A DNA stretch of 64,000 nucleotides from Macrostomum lignano (Eukaryota). The notes under the pieces are model-generated. The model did no database searches. It was not told the DNA's origin and was given only the letters and a program-made list of their open reading frames with translations. This document shows positions 18,534-31,000 of this stretch, in pieces. A program made the position numbers and the translations under genes. The stretch spans positions 620,001-684,000 of the forward strand of contig NIVC01000283.1 in the NCBI GenBank assembly GCA_002269645.1. Direction: 5' to 3'. Each line of letters begins with the position of its first letter. Position 1 is the stretch's first letter.

Positions 18534-21071
18534 CTAGATAAGAGCCTTAAAATTTTGTTTTTTTTATCTATCTACTTTAATCTTTATGTATACCAATAGG
18601 CCTTTGACTAAATAACAAACTATAAAACTAAGCCTACAATATTTTATATCAAATACCTGATGTTTGACTTATTTTCCTTTCCTTAGTTCCCCTCTCCCCT
18701 AACCTTGGATTTCCTCCCTCTAACCCTAGCTTCTCTCCTTACTGACCCCTGGCTTCTCTCCTCCCTGACCCTGGCTTCACTCCCCTGACCCTGGCTTCCC
18801 TTCCCTGACCCTGGCTTTTCTCCTCCCCTGACCCCTGGCTTCTCTCCTCCCTGACCCTGGCTTCCTTCCCCTGACCCTGGCTTCCCTCCCCTGACCCTGG
18901 CTTCCTTCCCCTGACCCTGGCTTCCTTCCCCTGACCCTGGCTTCTCTCTACTTGGCCCCGGCTTCCCTCCCCTGACCCTGGCTTCTCCCCCCTGACCCTG
19001 GCTTCTCCCCCCTGACCCTAGCTTCCCTCCCCTGACCCTGGCTTCCCTCCCCTGACCCTGGCTTCTCTCCCCCTGACCCCTGGCTTCCCTCCTTCCTAAT
19101 CCTTGGCTTCCCTCTCCTGACCTTGGCTTCCCTCCCCCTGACCCTGGCTTCTCTCCTTACTGACCCCTGGCTTCTCTCCTCCCTGACCCTGGCTTCACTC
19201 CCCTGACCCTGGCTTCCCTTCCCTGACCCTGGCTTTTCTCCTCCCCTGACCCTGGCTTCTCTCCTCTCTGACCCTGGCTTCCTTCCCCTGACCCTGGCTT
19301 CACAACCCTCGACCCTGGCTTCTCTCCACTTGGCCCTGGCTTCTCTCCCCCTGACCCTGGCTTCCCTCCCCTGACCCTGGCTTCCCTCTCCTGACCCTGG
19401 CTTCCCTCCCTTGACCCTGGCTTCCCTCCCCTGACCCTGGCTTCCTTCCCCTGACCCTGACTTCTCTCCCCTTGACCCTAGCTTCTCTCCCCCTGACCCT
19501 AGCTTCCCTCCCCGACCCTGGCTTCCCTCCCCTGACCCTGGCTTCTCTCCCCTGACCCTGGCTTCTCTCCCCCTGACCCTGGCTTCCCTCCTCGACCTTG
19601 GCTTCCCTCCCCTGACCCTGGCTTCCCTCCCCTGACCCTGGGTTCTCCCCCCTGACCCTGGCTTCCCTCCCCTGACCCTGGCTTCTCCCCCCTGACCCTG
19701 GCTTCCCTCCCGTGACCCTGGCTTCCCTCCCCTGACCCTGGCTTCTCTCCTCCCCTGACCCTGGCTTCCCTCCCTTGACCCTGGCTTCCCTCCCCTGACC
19801 CTGGCTTCCCTCCCCTGACCCTGGCTTCCCTCCCCTGACCCTGGCTTCTCTCCCCTGACCCTGGCTTCCTTCCCCTGACCCTGGCTTCTCCCCCCTGACC
19901 CTGGCTTCCCTCCCCTGACCCTGGCTTCTCCCCCCTGACCCTGGCTTCCCTCCTCGACCCTGGCTTCCCTCCCCTGACCCTGGCTTCCCTCCCCTGACCC
20001 TGGCTTCTCCCCCCTGACCCTGGCTTCCCTCCCCTGACCCTGGCTTCTCCCCCCTGACCCTGGCTTCCCTCCCGTGACCCTGGCTTCCCTCCCCTGACCC
20101 TGGCTTCTCTCCTCCCCTGACCCTGGCTTCCCTCCCTTGACCCTAGCTTCTCTCCCCTGACCCTGGCTTCTCTCCCCTGACCCTGGCTTCTCTCTGCCTG
20201 GCCTGGCTTTTCTCCTTACTAACCCCTGGCTTCTCTCCCCCTGACCCTGGCTTCCCTGTCCTGACCCTGGCTTCCCTCCCTTGACCCTGGCTTCTTTCTT
20301 CCCCTGACCCTAGCTTCCCTGCCCTGACCCTGGCTTCCTTCCCCAGACCTTGGCTTCCCTCCCCTGACCCTAGCTTCTCTCCCCCGACCCTGGCTTCTCT
20401 CCCCTGACCCTGGCTTCTCTCCCCCGACCCTGGCTTCCCTATCCTGACCCTGGCTTCCTTCCCCTGACTCTGGCTTCTCTCCCCCTGACCCTGGCTTTTC
20501 TCCTTACTGACCCTGGCTTCCTTCCCCTGACCCTGGCTTCTCTCCCCCTGACCCTGGCTTCCCTCCCCTGACCCTGGCTTCTCTCCCTCCTGACCCTTGT
20601 TTCCCTCCCTCCTGACCCCCTGGCTTCCCTCCCTCCTGACCCATGGCTCCCTCTCTCCTGAACCCTGGATTCCCTCACTCCTGACCCTTGTTTCCCTCTC
20701 TCCTGACCCATGGCTTCCTCTACTGACCCATGGCTTCCCTCACTCTTGACCAGTGGCTCTGCCTCCTTGCTCTTTCTCTCCTGCTCTGCCTCCTGGTTTT
20801 CTGCCTTCTGCTCTGTCCGCACGGCTTTGCTTCCTGCTCTGCCCTCTCTGCTATCTGCTGTACCCTGCTTCTCCGCCCTCTGCTAAAACTAGTCTCGTAT
20901 TAGTACCAAGCAGCACAGCTTATTGAAAGCACATTCTTCCTTCAGAAATAGCTACCGGTGAAGCCCAGCTGCTGTCCTATTGGCACCTTTGCTTTGGTCT
21001 CCGCCTCGAAGAACGCTGCTGCGGCCGGGACTGCCGCTGGTTCTGCCTAAGCAGCCGCCTCGAACAACGCT
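18534..21071 (-). mobile_element. Repetitive module H2 (Helitron-like CTAG 3' end) containing a 20-bp array; also present at ~28395-29801 and ~30500-31783
   Basis: All three copies end at ...aaggctcttatCTAG|T. No clear 3' hairpin or 5' TC end was found. Confidence 0.5.
18715..20740. repeat. 20-bp minisatellite (ctgaccctggcttccctccc)n
   Basis: Exact 20-bp period visible around 19801-19920. Confidence 0.97.
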
Positions 21072-21424
21072 ACAGTCGGTGCAAAGCGTACCATAACCTT
21101 CAGCAATGCGGTGATCGTATCAAAGTTAGCTCAGAATGGAACGGTCGTTGAAAGGATTTTGTCTTGAGCTGTCAGCAAATGGAAATTCGTATCATTGACA
21201 GTTCCTGTTAGCTTTATTTACAGTCAATTTTTTAACTTTGTTTATCCGTACCTTTTACCCTTGCTCTACTTTTATCCATAACTTGTTAGTTTCTTGCTCA
21301 TGTACTCTATGCATGCACATATACACGCATTAGTACCGATCACCGTTAGTGAGGTTTCACAAGTCACCAATAGCCATAACACAAAAGCCATGCATTGACA
21401 AGCCATATCTAATTTTGGCAGAGG

Positions 21425-21560
21425 CGAGGAGAGCGGTAAGGTGGCGGGAGCTGAGAGCGGGAAGGTGGCGGGAGCTGAGAGCGGGAAGGTGGCGGGAGCT
21501 GAGAGCGGGAAGGTGGCGGGAGCTGAGAGCGGGAAGGTGGTGGAAGTTGAGAGCTGAGAG
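21425..21560. repeat. 24-bp tandem repeat (gagagcgggaaggtggcgggagct)
   Basis: About 5 units; WRELRAGR periodicity. Confidence 0.9.
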
Positions 21561-21839
21561 GTTTGACCAAAGGACTGTCGTCGCGCTCTAACAGTGTGGC
21601 TGAACTGACCACTTGTACCTTCTGCATATTTTATATTTTGGTCAAAAAATCATAAGTTGACTTGTAGGTGTTCACGTCGTGGTACGTTCGTTTTTGCGGC
21701 TGTTGCTAAGTCTTGTGGAATTGTTAAATCGAATTGTCCGTGTTCTTTTCTCGTTTTTTATTATAGTGTGCCATTTAGTGTACCTGAATTGTGCCATTTT
21801 TTTTTAAAAAGAACGACAAATAGAAAATACTAGCAGCTG

Positions 21840-22400
21840 ACAATGGAATGTGCGATGAGCGAGAAAAAAATAAAGGATATGTTGTACGAAAACAGAAATA
21901 ATTGTTCTTTTTTGTTTGCAATAAAAAAGCCAATAAAAGGAAGAGAAGTTGAAGTGGATGAGTCCAATTTTTTCATCGCAAATATTACCAGGGAGCTTAC
22001 CGCGAGGGCCACTGGGTGCTTGGGATGGTCGAGCAAGGTACACGCAAATGCATGATGGTACAAGTACCCAACCGGTCTGCTGAGTCAGATTATTCAGCAG
22101 ATGTGTTGCCTGGGACACGCATTTTAACTGACGGCTGGCATGTATATAGTGCGCTTCCCCAGGTGTTTGTCAATCACCGTCTGCATTTCGTTGATCCAAA
22201 CGATCCAACTGTGCCCACAAACAACATCGAAGGCACCTGGGCACTCGTGAAGGCGAAGTTTTGCAGCCAGCATGGCGCTAGTGACGACCTTTTTTGAGTC
22301 TCATCTTAGCGAGTTCCTCTGGCGCCAACTCTAGCCAGAGAAGTGCTTTGGGAACTTCCTGTACTAGGGGAATATAGCTGTATAACGCTATTTTTAAGAC
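21840..22400 (+). pseudogene. Merlin (IS1016/ISXO2-like) transposase fragment
   Basis: GREVEVDESNF ... VQVPNRS..VLPGTRILTDGWHVYSAL..VNHRLHFVDPNDPTVPTNNIEGTWALVK..LF(E)SHLSEFLWRQ, with frameshifts. Confidence 0.85.
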
Positions 22401-23398
22401 CTTAAGTATGTTCTAATAAACTTAATTTAGTTCGTTTGTTAAAAAAACTAGGACATGCTAAAAAGCCTTATTGATGAAAGCGCCACATACAATTACGTAT
22501 ATCGAGTACGTGGATCGATACGTGGATCGAGTTAATGTATTTCGGGCTGTTAGAAAAGGGATAGAATTTTGAGATTATTTTCGATAGTAACCTGCGTTAC
22601 TCGTACAGTACTTCATCACGCATAGCGCTATGCAACTCATTAAAAGATGAGGTTAGGTGTTAGTGTGTTCTGTGTAGGTGCCAATGTTGGGGCGTAGCGA
22701 GGAGGGGTCATTAGCACTTGAGAGGGCACCAATAAAGTACGGAAGCGATTCTGAATGGCTTCAATGGAATTTCTTATATTAATCGTACATGTAGAAGTAC
22801 ACGGAAGACAGAACGGACGTCCGCATGCGACTCCTGCCGTTCCCTGAATTTAGTGCGTGCACCTCTGGACTGTTTAGAAATTTGGTTAAGAATCTTCTTT
22901 AAAATAAGAATCACAGCTTCATGCACATGTGCTACGAGTAATTGCTTTCCAGGACGTGAACTCCGACTATACATGTAAGTGCAAAATGTATTGACATACA
23001 ATAGAATATACCTGAACCACAGTTTCTACCTACAATAAGGCGCATACATGTACATTGCCATGTTTATCATGCCATATTGGTAACATTATTTATGACTTGT
23101 GGAACTCACAAACTGTGATCTACACATTTATCATATACGTACATCCCATACATCATATTACAGTTACATGAGCTAGAAATTACATGTAACAGGATATAGC
23201 CAAGTGACTTGACCATACGTACGTACGAAGTACAAGCGATTACACATTCATTCTGTTGAAATTTGCTTCTTTTAATTAAGTATATTTTATCAGTTTGAAC
23301 AAAAAGAAATACACAATATGAAAAATTGAGCAGTTTGGGGGGCACTTAAAGTATTAGCGTATTTGCGATATGAACTAACAACCATAGATATATCGGTA

Positions 23399-25367
23399 CA
23401 CTGTAAAAAATATGTGGCCGAAAAAGTGGCAAAAAAGTGGCCGAACGCAAGTGGACATTTAGTGGCCGAGAGTGTCCCACGTACGGCCACTAAAAAGCGG
23501 CCACTATAATTAAGTGGCCGAAAGCGGCCACTATTTCTGTGGCCGAAAGCGGCTGTTTAAAAGATACTCGTACTTTTCCGTGCACTATCCAGCCCAATGT
23601 TTGCCCATCATTAATAATTTCTCTCTGATGACAATTTCTTGCATAGAATGGATATAATATTTTTTAAAAGAAATAAGAATATATACTAGAAGGACATCCA
23701 GAAACGAATTACATTGCTACTATAAGCATGCACATAATATAGTTAAATGCTTGACGAAAGTTATACTATATTTTTAGCAAGCATGTTAGAGTTTTTATTT
23801 TAAACAAAACAGTTCAAGTATACAGATGGGAATTTTCATAAAAACGCAAGCAATATGACGCAATAAAACGCAAAGGACAACCTTGATTGTAGCGGACGAA
23901 TGGCATATGGCAAATGCAAAAAGTGACATCGGAGATTAAAGAAATATTAGTGACGAATGAATAATTAAACATTTATTTTTTAACCAAAAAAATTACGTAA
24001 CACTTTTTCTTGATAATTCAGGCAATGTTAAAGTATTGCCAAAGTAATCGCTCGGTGATTAAAAATCATAGCAGTGCCAACACTGGCCCAGTTAGAGAAT
24101 GGCATAGCAAATGCAAAAAGTGACATTGGAGATTAAAGAAATATTAGTGACGAATGAATAATTAAACATTTATTTTTAACCGAAAAATTACGTAACACTT
24201 TTTCTTGTTAAGAAAAATAAGAAGAAAATAAGAAAATAAATAAATAAATAAATAATGAGTAATAAGAATCTTAAATAATAAGAAATATTAATACCAAGTG
24301 AATTTTTATAACTTTGAAGGAAAAGAAATATATTTCTGGTGCCATGGCTAAATAGAAATAAGTAAAGAGCTCAATCTAGGAGGATAGTGTTAAGTCAATT
24401 AGGCTAGGGCTAGGCTAATGTGAATAGATGCTAAACAATTACAATCCAAGTTTTACCCTAAGATTAAAAGAAAAAAGTAACCTTGGCCTAATTTACAAAA
24501 AGGCAAATACAAATTATAGAGTTAGCTCTAACACAAGAAAAGCAATATGTTATCCCAAACTTAAAGGTTCTGCAAAATAGCTAGACAAAGATTGGAGGCA
24601 AAGAAGGCAATGGAAAATCAGTTAATCAGGAAATAGCTAAAAAGATATAAAGCAACGAGCTAGCTAATATAGGATAGTGCTTTGTCAATTAGGTTAGGCT
24701 AAGGTGGTAAAGAAATGATAAGCAAGCGCAATACAAGCGAAAACAATAATTTTTACACAAAGATTTAAATAAAAAAGCTATTATACAAAATACAAATGGC
24801 AAATATCAATGGAACACAAAAAAAAGCAAAATGTTATCCAAAAGATTCAGCAAAATAGCTATAGACGAAATTACGAAATCAGGTTATTTAGACAGCGCTT
24901 CGTGAAAATGAAGAAATTAAACATTTTAAGTAGTCGAGAATTGATTGGACAAATAAGTTCTATCAATTTTAAACTGTAAACATAATAACTAAAACGAGTC
25001 TAAATATTACATAAAGCATTATTTAAGAAACATTCGTTTCTTTAAGTTGAATTCTTTTAGTTTTTCCTTATTTTAGACTACTTAGTTTTATTTTTTATTT
25101 TCTGTAACCTAGTGGTTTCAAAGGAAGTTTCATTTTTATAATGCCAAAGCGACTTCTAACTTTCGGCCACTTATTACTGAACTTCATTAATCTTCGTCAT
25201 TCATGACAATAATTACGATTTCATGCCTTATCTGTATATAAAATCTGATGATTATATAAATGCAATGGTAACAAGCAAACTATCTTGTTTCGGAAAGAAA
25301 ATTACAGTTGGCCACATTTTTCATAAATACGTTCGGCCACTTTTTCGGCCACATATTTTTTACAGTG
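23399..25367. mobile_element. Non-autonomous CMC/EnSpm-like TIR element, 1969 bp
   Basis: Perfect 32-bp TIR CACTGTAAAAAATATGTGGCCGAAAAAGTGGC with TA on both flanks, multiple subterminal gtggccga repeats and a non-coding AT-rich interior. Confidence 0.85.
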
Positions 25368-25708
25368 TACGATACTGTATTGGATATTTATTGAACTCTC
25401 TAGAAAGGGATACGCACAGCTATTTGCATTAACAATATTAATCAATATTATGTATCTGACAATTACTATATAAAGTACTAAAAGTACGAGCTATATACTA
25501 TAAACAACAGATTCCAGTGAAGACTCCCTAGAACTCGCTCTCTATAGTATGCATCCTGCTGTAATTTAGCTGAACACTCTCGGCTGTTGATAGTGTATGC
25601 TTGATTAGTGCATGGTCGAGCTCCCCTGAACAAAACTAGCGGCTGATCCGGGTTTTTTATAGGTACACGCCAAACGGCATAGCCAGAACCAGATAACAGA
25701 TAGCATAA

Positions 25709-26120
25709 CCAGAACAACAACAACAGAATACGCAGTTAGCGTCACACGGCGCGCCTCAAGGCCAACAACAACAAACAACAAAAGTACACTGGATAGTCTC
25801 TAGTGTCACAGGGCGCGTCTCAAGGCCAGAGTGCGAACATAGGCCGCTCCGGCGGCAGAGTCCGGGGCGCCGGCGTCAGCCAGCAGGCAGTCGACGAAAC
25901 GCCGAGTGCGCGCCTGTCCCCGCCGGTAGGGCCGGTGCCTGCAGCATCAGCAGCAGGACCTCCTGCACCGGCTATGGCCAGTACGATTCAGCACGGATGA
26001 TATGACCTGCCAGCTGGAGTCGCCGACAGCGCAACAGGTCGCTTGGACGCACCAGTAGGCCGGCGCGGTGATACACGCCAGTCCACTCGTTGATATCTTA
26101 CCATAGGTCGCCTTCGCCTC
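25709..26120 (-). mobile_element. 5'-truncated RTE-clade non-LTR retrotransposon (3' end)
   Basis: Minus frames read DLLRCRRLQLAGHIIRAESYWP*PVQEVLLL and RRGQARTRRFVDCLLAD, followed by (TTG)n tail-like tracts at ~25711-25785. Confidence 0.7.
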
Positions 26121-26299
26121 GCCTTATTTCCTCACGTACCATGCAGGCACCTGCGATAAGTTCACCAGGAGGGTTCATCAGGATTGCTTGGTACCGGAGG
26201 TCAAGGACAGGTCACGGCCTTCAATGTCACACATCACACGCTCACGTGATCGCGTGTCTCAGAGAATTATAAAAAGGAACCCGTTTTTGAACGCGTGTT

Positions 26300-27560
26300 G
26301 CTTTGTTTTATTATTGTTTTCCCGAGAGGCCGAACCACCGGTCCCCGCCGGGAACCCCTTCATTTCCTATAGAGTCGCCCACCAACTAAAGATCCCCCTT
26401 ATGCTAAAGTCTTTACATTCCTCATTTCCAGCACTGACTACAAGTAAACCGATCCCTTGTATGCCTCCTCGCATAGAGTCCATTAGAGTGTTACAAGTAC
26501 GTGCCATTTCTAGTAGTGTCGAGTTTTTCGGGTGTACTCCTGCACAGGTGACTGCAGAGGCGGCCACGCCCTTCGGCAAACAAACAAAAACCCGGGCCCG
26601 CGCTGTCGAGATAATTGAAACTTGACCGCAACGTCAGCTACAAAACAGCATCCAGAGGTGGAAAAGTGCTTGTGAGGCATGCATGGCGGCTGGTAATTTT
26701 CAGCGCTAGAGCCCGGAGGTTTACACAGATATTCTCAGGCAGCCCCCGGGTTTCGTCACATGACTTGGATCTAGCGGAAAAACTTAATTTGTAGTTCGCT
26801 CCTGGCAGCGCGAACAGGTTGGTAGGCGGTTGAAGCAGCATCGGCAGCTGGTGCACCGCGCATCGGCTGTTTTGACAGCTCCCCAGACTAGCAGTCCGAC
26901 TGAATCAGTAGACTGCTGCGAGCCCCCGCCCTTATTTTGCCGCTTCCCCTGCGTTGCTGAAAGCCCAATTAGACCCTACATGTATGAATATGCGTAAATT
27001 TTTAATACACAATAAGTGAGTCTTCCTTGCTAGACCCCTGCCTCAGGTTTGCTCCATGCAACCACTATAGCCGGAATACCCATGGCCCACCAGCTGGTGA
27101 GCGCTCATCAGAATCGCATGAAGATTTCTCTCTTGAGCACTTTTACCAAGACACCATTAACAGACATTTCCTGGTCTATATTCAGGAGCACCAAGCTTGC
27201 AACCAAGACCTTATATAACAATGGTTGTCAAAGGGCACAGTGCATATTCTAGCATTCGGGGACTTTTCAACTACATCGAACGTGAGAAGCAGAACTCTCA
27301 CTCCAGAGTACTCTGAGGGCTTCTCAGAAGCAGGAGCACCCACTCCCTCCTTCATGACGCCGCCTGGACTGCAGACCCCTCAAAAAAGCGTACGTCACCG
27401 CTCAGCACAAAACGGAATGCCCATGCAGCAAATGTGCACCGCTGACGATCGAGCGCACTTTTGTTCACTTCAGCGCCCTACACCAAGGCAGCGTCCTTTC
27501 TTGCCAGTGCAGGAACTCTCGGCAGCTTGCTGGGAGCATTCGAAACATGCTTAAGCTGCA
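26300..27560 (-). pseudogene. Possible highly decayed Mutator-like transposase
   Basis: Weak fragments only: GLGCKL..C, RNLHAILMSAHQLVGHGYSG, SCDETRG, KTLA*GGSLVGGRL. Many stops. Confidence 0.3.
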
Positions 27561-28086
27561 CCACTAAGAGCGAACTAAAATGTGAGTTCACTGAGAAAAA
27601 TTTACTTCTGGAGTGTAAAGCTAAATCAACAAAATTTTGCGGAGCGCATGCTATTTAAGAAATAACTCCAGAAACACAAAACCAAGTATTCGACAAAATT
27701 ATATGACCAACTAAAATCGGAAAGCTCCTGGTCATAATTGTATGTAACATGAAAGTTTATATCTGTATTTTTTGCACGCGTCTTCATGAAGAGCAGTAGT
27801 TTAAAAAATTAACTGGCGGTAACAACAAAAAACACCTGTCAGTTCCTTGTAGATATATAAGAACCTGTAAAAACAACAGGATTTCGACAGGGTTGGTCAT
27901 TGTTTGTCCAAAATGGTACAGCCAAAATTATTTTGGAATATTTGCTTAAACTGAAAGCCTGACACTGAAGTCTAGTGGCACTTGCTCCAAGCTTTGTGAT
28001 CAAGGATTGAATTAAAATGGCACACGTTGAACACCGCCCTGTCACAGAGCAGTATCGTCTCGAAAAAATGTCTCCCAGAAATCACA

Positions 28087-31000
28087 GCAATTTAATATAT
28101 GAAGCTCCGATGTTACAAACTGCATTGACTCGAAAAATGCTTTTAAAAATGGAAAATTCACCCATAAACAACCTAAAAACACGACACCAAAAACGTCGAG
28201 TGTGGCTCCCATTGCACAGGGAGTAATGCGAGTAGCAATATTGGAAAAGGGCGATGACAAATGGGTGCTTTTGTTGAGCTTTACAAGATCTGAACATGTA
28301 TTAACAGAATTCGGTGATCTAAATGTTAAAAGAATTGTCGACATATATTAAAGAATTAAAAAATAGCTTTGGCGGAGCCAGCTTCAGTTTCGGCTGCAGC
28401 AGCGATGTTTGAGGCGGCTGCTTAAGTGGAACCAGCGGCAGACCCGGCCGTAACGGTTGCACCAGATGTCAGTGTATCAGAACTCATAGTGGCGGTACGT
28501 ACAAACTAATTTCAGCTCAGTGTGTACATATATAGTAAGAAAGCTCGCGCTTGGATAGCTTTTGTGGGTGAACAGCTGCTTGTTTGTTGCTAGGCCAATC
28601 GCACCAGAGGCAAAAGCAAAGGTGCCAATGGGACAGCAGCTGGGCTTCACCGGTAGCTTTTTCTGAAGGAAGAATGTGCTTTCAATAAATTGACAAAAAA
28701 AAATTTGATTTTTTTATTAAAAAGGCTGTGCTGCTTGGTACTAATACTTTAGCAGAGGGCGGAGAAGCAGGGTAGAGCAGACAGCAGGGAGCAAAGCAGC
28801 GGGGGCAGAGCAGGGGGCAGAAAACCAGAGGACAGAAGAGCAGGGGGCAAAGGAGCAAGGTAGAGCAGACAGCAGACGTCAGAGCAAGAGGGCAGAGCAG
28901 GGCAGAAGATACGGGTAAGGAGAGATGGAGCCATGGGTCAAGAGGGAAGGAAACATGGGGTCAGGAGGGAGGGAATCCAGGGGTCAGGAGGGAGGGAAGC
29001 CACGGGTCAGGAGGGAGGGAAGCCACGGGTCAGGAGGGAGGGAAGCCACGGGTCAGGAGGAGGGAAGCCAGGGGTCAGGAGGGAGGGAAGCCACGGGTCA
29101 GGAGGAGGGAAGCCAGGGGTCAGGAGGGAGGGAAGCCACGGGTCAGGAGGAGGGAAGCCAGGGGTCAGGGGGAGAGAAGCCACGGTCAGGGGAAGGAAGC
29201 CAGGGTCAGGGGGAGAGAAGCCAGGGGTCAGTAAGGAGAAAAGCCAGGGCCAGGCAGAGAGAAGCCAGGGTCAGGGGAGAGAAGCCAGGATCAGGGGAGG
29301 GAAGCCAGGGTCAGGGGGAGAGAAGCCAGGGTCAGAGGAAGGAAGCCAGGGTAAGGGGAGAGAAGCCAGGGTCAGGGGATGGAAGCCAGGGTCAGGGGAG
29401 GGAAGACAGGGTCAGGGGAAGGAAGCCAGGGTCAGGGGGGAGAAGCCAGAGTCAGGGGAGAGAAGCCAGGGTCAAGGGAGGGAAGCCAGGGTCAAGGGAG
29501 GGAAGCCAGGGTCAGGGGAGAGAAGCCAGGGTCAGGGGAGGGAAGCCAGGGTCAGGGGGAGAGAAGCCAGGGTCAGAGGAAGGAAGCCAGGGTAAGGGGA
29601 GAGAAGCTAGGTTTAGAGGGAGGAAATCCAAGGTTAGGGGAGAGGGGAACTAAGGAAAGGAAAATAAGTCAAACATCAGGTATTTGATATAAAATATTGT
29701 AGGCTTAGTTTTATAGTTTGTTATTTAGTCAAAGGCCTATTGGTATACATAAAGATTAAAGTAGATAGATAAAAAAACAAAATTTTAAGGCTCTTATCTA
29801 GTAAGTTAGCTAAATCTATTCATTAAGGCCAAGTCAATAAGCTAGGCCTAGGCTTAGTGCTCAATAGGCTTTCGTACACATAGGGCTATAGCTAAATAAT
29901 AGAATTTAATTGAATTGAAGCCTTTTTATAATTGAATAAAAGCAGCTTATAAGTTACTTCTCATAATATTAGACCTACATTTATATTTCAAATGCCTGTA
30001 TTATTAATTAACTGACACGTGACAGGCTTTAAAACTATAGAAAAAAATTACTCAAGCAATCACATAATAATGTACAAGAAATTTAAGAAAAGCTCCTTTC
30101 ATTTATCTTGTACACGAAGCCTTCACTTGTTCAGTCTAGTGCATAGGCCAGCACAGCAATGCACAGTAGCACAACAAATATGCCAATATGCAATTTAATA
30201 TATGAAGCTCCGATGTTACAAACTGCATTGACTCGAAAAATGCTTTTAAAAATGGAAAATTCACCCATAAACAACCTAAAAACACGACACCAAAAACGTC
30301 GAGTGTGGCTCCCATTGCACAGGGAGTAATGCGAGTAGCAATATTGGAAAAGGGCGATGACAAATGGGTGCTTTTGTTGAGCTTTACAAGATCTGAACAT
30401 GTATTAACAGAATTCGGTGATCTAAATGTTAAAAGAATTGTCGACATATATTAAAGAATTAAAAAATAGCTTTGGCGGAGCCAGCTTCAGTTTCGGCTGC
30501 AGCAGCGATGTTTGAGGTTGCACCAGATGTCAGTGTATCAGAACTCATAGTGGCGGTACGTACAAACTAATTTCAGCTCAGTGTGTACATATATAGTAAG
30601 AAAGCTCGCGCTTGGATAGCTTTTGTGGGTGAACAGCTGCTTGTTTGTTGCTAGGCCAATCGCACCAGAGGCAAAAGCAAAGGTGCCAATGGGACAGCAG
30701 CTGGGCTTCACCGGTAGCTTTTTCATGCAGAAGAATGTGCTTTCAATAAATTGACAAAAAAAATTTGATTTTTTTATTAAAAAGGCTGTGCTGCTTGGTA
30801 CTAATACTTTAGCAGAGGGCGGAGAAGCAGGGTAGAGCAGACAGCAGGGAGCAAAGCAGCGGGGGCAGAGCAGGGGGCAGAAAACCAGAGGACAGAAGAG
30901 CAGGGGGCAAAGGAGCAAGGTAGAGCAGACAGCAGACGTCAGAGCAAGAGGGCAGAGCAGGGCAGAAGATACGGGTAAGGAAGATAAGGTCAGGAGGGAG

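Noticed and set aside
28925-29687. Gly/Ser/Arg-rich ORFs
   Set aside because: They are translations of the 20-bp minisatellite.
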